NCBI GenBank assembly: GCA_951406725.2
Contig: OX597833.1
Span: 992,001 to 1,056,000 of the forward strand
Origin: Octopus vulgaris
Taxonomy: Eukaryota
DNA: 64,000 nt
Direction: 5' to 3'
Below the pieces are notes generated by a model. The model was given only the letters and a program-made list of their open reading frames with translations. It was not told the origin of the DNA and searched no databases. Shown piece by piece: positions 55,761 to 64,000 of this stretch (position 1 is its first letter; every line of letters begins with the position of its first letter). Position numbers and translations under genes: made by a program.

Positions 55761-56155
55761 TGAGAGAGTGAGAGAGAGACAGAGAGAGAGACAGAGAGAG
55801 AGAGAGAGCGTGAGAGAGTGTGTGAGAGAGAGAGAGCGTGAGAGAGAGAGCGTGAGAGAGAGAGAGCGTGAGAGAGAGACAGAGAGCGTGAGAGAGTGCG
55901 TGAGAGAGTGCGTGAGAGAGTGCGTGAGAGAGAGTGAGAGCGTGAGAGAGAGAGAGCGTGAGAGAGAGAGAGCGTGAGAGAGAGAGAGAGAGCGTGAGAG
56001 AGAGAGAGAGCGTGAGAGAGAGAAAGAGAGAACGTAAGAGAGAGAGAGAGCGTGAGAGCGAGAGAGAACGTGAGAGAGAGAGAAGGTGAGAGAGAGCGTG
56101 AGAGAGAGAGAGAGAGAGAGAGAAAATGAGAGAGAGAGAGAGCATGAGAGAGAGA
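55724..56155. repeat. (GA)n with GAGCGT higher-order interruptions
   Basis: direct reading. Confidence 0.95.
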
Positions 56156-56580
56156 TGGGAAGAATCTTAGACGTCTTCAGAAGCCCAGCTTTCTTCTACG
56201 CCACAAAGCTACTCGTTTAGAATTGTCTGAGAATCACCAGATTTCGGACGTCCAAGGCGTATCACATGTTGCCGTCAGTGGTGCAGGATCTTTTATAAAT
56301 ATGTCAAACACAGATGCATGTACGAGTTTACAGATAAGCTTTAAAAATGAAAGAAAAAGAACACTCAGCACGTTTCGTCGAATATATATTTATTTGTATT
56401 AACAGTTTGGTTTCGATTTGCATTATTTACAGCTTTGCAGATGTGAGAAAAACCCGACTGATCACTCGGGCGGTGGCATCAGAGCGAACCGCTACAGTTT
56501 AATGGGTCTTTCTTCTGAGAAACTAAGTTAGACAATACAGTAAAGGGCATACAACTAATATATAACCGTATATATATATC

Positions 56581-56650
<70 letters not shown>

Positions 56651-56687
56651 TATATATATGTGTGTGTATAAATACATACATATGCAG

Positions 56688-56739
<52 letters not shown>

Positions 56740-56846
56740 TTATGAATATAGTGCACAGTTTACTGTTACCATATCAAATTTGTATTTGCTATATACGCTA
56801 TCTATATATATATAACCACGTATGTATGTTTGTCTGAGTGTGTGCA

Positions 56847-56890
<44 letters not shown>

Positions 56891-57465
56891 TAATCCAAAC
56901 ATGAAAACACAAAGAGAAAACACAACAACGTGAGGATGTGGAACAAATATAGTATTATTGGACGCTCAGGAAAGAAGGAGGGTTTAACTTTTCGAGCGGA
57001 GCTCTTCATCGGAAACATAGGAGAAGGAAAGATCCAGAGAAGGGAAGACAGAGGAAAAAAATCGCCAACGGTACACACGCGGTCACATTTATAAATATAT
57101 ATATTCATTTATTTATTCACACACTTATAGTTATGGTATATTCTGAGAAGAACGTAGTAGAGTCCTGTATGGATCTCGTCCACCTTCAGATTTCACCCTC
57201 TGCACTCCTGTGCTATCCAGTACAGGTATTATACGTACTTCCGGTTTTGCGCTGTCCAACCGTACGGCTTCTTGCTGACACCAATTTCTTCACTCACCCC
57301 CACAACCACGCGCACACACACACGTAAATGTGTGTGAGTGTATAGATATATTTATATCTGTGTTATATGTATATATATATATGTATATCTGTGTGAACAA
57401 TGTTGAATGATATACCTCATATATACATAAGGTTGTGCATATATTACTGTAAAGGAATTATAGAG

Positions 57466-57505
<40 letters not shown>

Positions 57506-57553
57506 TTAGATATATATATATGTGTGTATATGTATGCATATATATATATATGC

Positions 57554-57588
<35 letters not shown>

Positions 57589-57751
57589 CGTGTTTATGTG
57601 TGTACTTGTGTGTGTATGTATGTATATATGTATACACTGTCAGATTTATAAGTCTCTCCACACGTTTAATACAAGCGTGTATTTGAACTTTATATATACA
57701 CAGATATGCATATGTACATATTTGTGTATGTGTGTGTGTATGTTTGGATAA

Positions 57752-57802
<51 letters not shown>

Positions 57803-57868
57803 CAACACACAAAAACACACGTATATGTATGTATGTATGAATGTATATATAGCGTCCAATTCAACGTC

Positions 57869-58022
57869 TTATAGGTCTACAACGAACGATGTCTCAAGTT
57901 GTCCAACGGGTCTTAGTGACAAAAACCAACAAGGCATTGGTTCCTTCTTTCCTTTCATCGTCACTTCACCACGGTACTCAAAACTGAGGCTTACGTCGAG
58001 GCATTCAGGTTCCTGGAGACAC
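57869..58022 (-). CDS. Orphan terminal exon of a soluble guanylate cyclase beta-like gene (copy 2)
   Basis: same 154-nt exon with intact acceptor, [50 protein letters not shown]-stop. Confidence 0.7.
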
Positions 58023-58104
58023 CTGTCGAGAGATAAAATATATAGACAGATAATTTCATATCTATATGGACACACACACACACATACACACACACACACA
58101 CACG

Positions 58105-58188
<84 letters not shown>

Positions 58189-58648
58189 CATACATACATA
58201 CATTCATACAATTTTGGCATCAACTTGGCAGACGCGCGTATCCAATCCAAATATTCAGCGATAATGAATTGAACTGAACCGTAAATAATCTGCACATCCT
58301 CTGCGTAGGTCTCTGGGCATGTATCGCCATAAAAACTTACTCTCGCATGGATGGTCAATGATAAGAGTACATGCTACACACCTTCCTTCCAAGCACTGCT
58401 GCAAACAGCAGAAGCGAACTAGTGTGTTAAATCTCAGTGCGCGCGCACTGCAGAGTTCCAAGCTTTGCTCTTTCTGCTTAAGCTTCGTCACTATGGCAAC
58501 AGTCCGGATATTCATTGATCAGACTACGTATATATGTGCGTATGTGTGTGTGTGTATGTATGTATACTTGAACGTACGTAAACTGATAAAAAAAAGTAAC
58601 ATTGGAGAAGCGAGATTAGAAGGAATAAGATGGGAAAACAAACCTTCT

Positions 58649-58767
58649 TTATAATTCCTGGAGCAAAAACGGGATGGTGCTAGCGGCAACTTGCAAGAAC
58701 CAGAAAGAGAAGGGAAATTTTGGAGACAGAAAGCATGCTGTATCTGGTAGAGTGGTGCTGCCATATA
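58649..58767 (-). pseudogene. Ig-cluster gene 4, exon 4 (hydrophobic tail, downstream of the frameshift)
   Basis: VYGSTTLPDTACFLSPKFPFSFWFLQVAASTIPFLLQEL-stop; shares the gene 3 1-nt deletion. Confidence 0.6.
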
Positions 58768-59361
58768 CTGTAAAGACAAAAAATCAGGGAGGCTGGAATA
58801 ATACTTGGTGCATCAAAGCATGGGATTTAGTGTCTGACAAAGAAACTGAATTCACATTTATTGTCACTAATAGGCTTTCATATTTTCCGAAACATTCACC
58901 GTGGTGCAGTTTGATGTGATGTCTTGTTTGGTTTCAAACATTTGTCGTGTGGTTAGATGTGATGTTCGGTATGATGTATAATATGAAGTTTGATGTGATG
59001 TTTGGTGTGTTTTGTCGTGATGTTTGATACGTTGTTTGATACGATGTATGTTGCGTTGTTTGATGTGATGTACAATGCGTTGATTTATGTGATGCCTGAG
59101 GTGTAGTTTGATGTGGTGTTTGATGTGATGTTTGATATGATGTCTGATGTGATGTTTGAAGTGTGGATTGATGAGTTTCTTTCTTTGGCCTGATGCCTTG
59201 TAATGTGGTTTTGAGACGATGTAGCAGCGATTGCTGCCTATATCTGTTTTTCTTTTAGATTTTACTTGATACAGTTATTGGACAGCAGCCAAGGTGGGAC
59301 ACCAGTGTCTTTAAAGAAAATATGGACACTAAACAATGTAAGAAAAAGAATATTTGCTTAC

Positions 59362-59672
59362 CTGCATTCATTTGTATTCCAAGTATGGTGCCAAACGCGG
59401 AACATGCGATAATCGTTTCACCGCTCTCTTTGTCAGTTACCGTGTGTTGATATAGCGACTGTACTGTACAGGAATGCACCGATCGTCAGTTTTCGGAAGT
59501 GGTACTTTCTTGTCTATTATCTGTAGTTTAGAGTTTTTATTTGCTACAGTCCATCTAAAGGTGACAGTTTTGTTAGCATGTGATGAAGCATATGCTAAAC
59601 ATCTGAGGGTAGTCTCATTCTCCTCCTTCTGAGTTGGATTAATAAGATCAAGACTTTTGACAAAAGATTTCA
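59362..59672 (-). pseudogene. Ig-cluster gene 4, exon 3 (second Ig domain) with a 5-nt frameshift
   Basis: 311 nt between intact splice sites; a TGTAC duplication near 59460-59470 shifts the frame and gives a stop at 59437. Confidence 0.75.
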
Positions 59673-61543
59673 CTGTAGAGAAAATATATATTTTATTGTG
59701 AATAAGATTCAAAATAACATACTAGATGGATGCTTTGACACAAATTGCGATGTTGATATATAACGAAAAATTTGAACATTAATCAAAATAGATGACATGT
59801 TACTATGCAATATGTTTACGGTTTCCAGGGCTTCAACTAATCTTTGTTATAGCTATAGCAACACTAGAATAGGGTGTAACTGGGGGAGCGAATGTAGGGA
59901 TTCTTTGGACGCTCTAGTGCATATTGACCGATCCACCAAAGCTAATAAATCGGATATTCTTGGGTAGACCAAAGTGATAAGCACTGTTCATTGATCGGCA
60001 TGAATATCCCTTTTGATCTTATATTCGGGCAAATGAATTAGAGAAGCTCATTGAAATCGAAAATAATGTGGAATCTCAATGCAGCTACAATAACAGGGAT
60101 TGTGGGAGAACTAGAAATGGTCAAAAAAGGAATTCAAAACTATTTGCGAATGACTCCTGGCTTACCATCCATGCAAGAAGGGAAAATGTCTAACAATTGC
60201 ATGGATATATTCAATAAATTTATATTAATGGGTTTGGACCAATTTCACGAAAACATGAGCAGAATCCGGTAGCGAACCCGTGTGCGTAAAATGGCGAGAT
60301 TTTCCGCTTTGGGGCAGATTTCGTCAAATTGATATCACGACGCAAAATGCCTGAATTTTGCTTGAGAAATAAAATCGCTTTATCAAATCAAAACCTGAAG
60401 GGCTGGGGAATTAAAAGAACGAATTGAAATAAGTTTTAGCAAATCAAAACAATTCGCATTGGAATGAAGAATTAGCAAATGCTACTTAGATTATCGTTAA
60501 TACGCTGTCTGTTTGTATTCATGAAACATTTTTCGTCAAATTTCGGCATTTCTCGTCAAATTGATATCACGATGACTAGTGCGAAAATTACCGAAATTTT
60601 ATGATTTGGGAAAATCGATGAGAATACATCTCTTTTAGTTTCTGCTCAAAGCTGCGGCAATGCTGATGCACCGCCGTTTTGCTACACTGATATTACTAAG
60701 AGCCTTCTCTTAGATGTGGCACTTGGTGAAGAATGGAGTTTGATATAGCTACCCTCATTTGCACCTCTTGCCGTGAGGTAGGTTCATCTGGGACTCTCGA
60801 CAGAAAGAGGTCCAGCTTTGATTTAAAACCTCCTACATCTACTTTGTGCAAGTTCCTCAGACTCTTTGGGAGAATATTAAAAAGCTGTGGGCCCTTGAAA
60901 ACCAGGCTGTTGCAGAAGCTGGTCCTGAAGCGTGATGGCATTGCTGGGATCTTTGGCACTATGCCGTGTCGCCCCGTTCTGGCATTGGTGTAGCTTTCAA
61001 TGCCAAAATTTGGCAAAATTCCTTCCAGGATCTTCCAGCAATATATTACTGCATACCTCTCCCGTCAATTAGTCTACAAGTATTTTCTCCCCTGTCTTTA
61101 ATGACTATGTCTGGTCGATTAGCCTGGATCGTTCTGTCGGTGTTGACTGGAAAATCTCAGAGGATCCTGACATTTTTACCTTCAACGATTGGCTCAGGAT
61201 GATGTCAATACCAGTAGACAGGGGTGCTAATTTTGTAGTGTTTACATATTTTCCGATGTAAATACTGTCCAACCCTATCGTGGTAATTTTTGTATTTGTT
61301 TGGTGTGAAAAGAAGACACCCCGAGACGAGCGATGTCTTCTGTCGAATAGCGTTATATTCTTGTAGTTTTTGGAACGCAAACTTTGATCTTCGGCCGCTA
61401 ATATGAAACCCCCAGTCTGCTTTCAGTCCTGAGTTTCTCAGCCACATATCATCATCATCATCATCATCATCATTATTATTATTCTTATTATTCTCCTTCT
61501 TCTTCTTCTTCTTCTTCTTCTTCTTCTTCTTCTTCTTCTTCTT

Positions 61544-61648
<105 letters not shown>

Positions 61649-61676
61649 GTTGTTATTATTATTATTATTATTGTCA

Positions 61677-61711
<35 letters not shown>

Positions 61712-61794
61712 TATTATTATTATTATTATTACTATTATTCTTGCTGTTGTTGTTGTTATTATTATTGTTGTTGTTATTATTATTATTAGTATTG

Positions 61795-61860
<66 letters not shown>

Positions 61861-61918
61861 CTTGTATTAGTAGTAATAGTGTTACTATTTTTTTTTCTTA
61901 AGATGAAACAAAATTAAC

Positions 61919-62251
61919 CTGTTAGCATCCTTGAATTAGACCTCTTTGCATCCGATATCTCACACGTATAAGATCCTACATCACCGCAATCTAGATTTGC
62001 TTTCCAGCATTTTAATACTGCATTAATCTTTCTCGATTGCGGCATGTTGCAGTAGTAACCTTTCAGGTCACGAATGACTTTAAAGACTCCTTCACCAGCG
62101 TTGAAACCAATATCAACAACGACTTCATTGTTACGCCTGAGTCTGAAGAATGATAAGTCTTCTGCTTGAACACGACATGTTATATCCATTTGAGTTGGTC
62201 CCTCTTCCCCAAATCCTTCGAATGGTTTTAGGCTTGTCATTTCAACACGAT
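61919..62251 (-). CDS. Ig-cluster gene 4, exon 2 (V-like Ig domain); exon 1 expected just right of the window
   Basis: 333 nt; I saw no nucleotide difference from gene 3 exon 2. Confidence 0.82.
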
Positions 62252-62423
62252 CTATGAGTGAGGAACAAATCAATGAATGAATACACGAAAAATGGGACGG
62301 AAAAAATTACTCAAAGACAGATTTAATTATCGCTTCTACTTTAGACGCGAAACTCGAAAGTTATCTGATCAAGTATCATAAAAGCATGAAACTATAAGTA
62401 GCTCTTTCGGTTGTGACTGTCTG

Positions 62424-62584
<161 letters not shown>

Positions 62585-62594
62585 TAGTCAATCA

Positions 62595-62640
<46 letters not shown>

Positions 62641-63364
62641 TTATCTATCTATCTATGGCGAAAGAATGTATCTGGTGGACGCGTCTGAAAGGATTGGAGA
62701 CAAACATTTCCTCTCAGGTCAATCTCTCATCAACTTCTTCAAGTACCACTTGAAAAGGAAAGTGAGAGTAGAGAAGCAAGTTTTGTCTAGCGAACGTTTT
62801 AAAAAAAGATGGGTGAATGCAGCAAGGATGGCACGTATGAATGACGAAGCCATCTTCAGCATAATCCTATGAACCCAGAAATTGAAAATAGAGGGTTACC
62901 CACTTGCAAACAAATGTGGTAACATATAACAATATTGACCAAGGTTACCGGGGTCTTTTTCGTAGGCTTTTCTTCCCACGGATAAACCTTACTTGCTTTC
63001 CCCTTTACACCATACATCATGACACTGTGATACACGATCCCTATTGATCGTTTTTTTACCTCTCCCCCTTTTTTCCTATTTTTTCTTCTTTTTTCATTTT
63101 TCTTTTCTTTTTTCCTTTTTTCTTTTTTTTTCTTTTCCTTTTTTTCTTCTTTTTTTCTTTTTTTTCTTTCCCCTTTTTTCTTTTCTTTTTTTCTTTTTCT
63201 TTTGTTCCTTTTCCCTTTTTTCTTTTCCTTTTTTTGTTCTTTTTTCCCTTTTGCGATCCTTTTGATCGAAAACCTACGCCACTTTTTTTTTCTCCCCCAA
63301 AAGAAAAGCTCTACCTTGTAACTTGTCCCATCTGTGTGCAGCCCTGTGTGGCCAATAAAGAAAC

Positions 63365-63526
<162 letters not shown>

Positions 63527-63943
63527 GGGTTTATATGCTCTCATTCGTAGGTGGAATATTGCTATTGAGAGAAACGGTGACTATGTTGAGGAGTAGGGAT
63601 GTGATACGCAGAGGACCAGCTTCATTTCGATGTATGATACATGTTCCTTTGTTGATGATTTTACCTGTCCTAAACAAAATGGCATTTCTTTTCGACTCAC
63701 TCTCGTATATATGTATTTGCAAGAAAAATACTTAGTTGGAAGAGAATGCGTGGCGTTCAATTATATGGTAATATAAATGATATATGTATATATATGCATA
63801 CATATGTATATGTATATATATATATATATAAATGTTTTTTTAATTTCTCCTCTGATTCCGGAATTACTACTATTTGCGGTTAGCCCTGGTTGCTATTTCT
63901 AGTGGGTCGAACGGCCTATTATAGCCGTTCCTCAATTTGTTGT

Positions 63944-64000
<57 letters not shown>

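Overview
Repeat-rich eukaryotic DNA, probably an octopus or other cephalopod (inferred from the SINE, LINE and microsatellite content), with one 100-N gap. The main content is a head-to-tail minus-strand tandem array, with units about 12-23 kb apart, of at least five paralogous four-exon genes. Each encodes a roughly 275-aa protein: signal peptide, V-like Ig domain, C-like Ig domain and a hydrophobic GPI-type tail. All introns are phase-1 GT-AG. Three copies are complete and intact. One has a frameshift in Ig2 and its first exon lies beyond the right edge. One is represented only by its first exon at the left edge. The Ig exons are far more divergent than the adjacent introns, which suggests diversifying selection on a recognition-receptor family. 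Two units also carry an orphan last exon of a soluble guanylate cyclase beta-like gene. The rest is tRNA-derived SINEs, Helitrons, Penelope-like elements with hammerhead motifs, CR1-, RTE-, R4- and Tx1-type LINE fragments, mariner and MITE elements, and long microsatellites.
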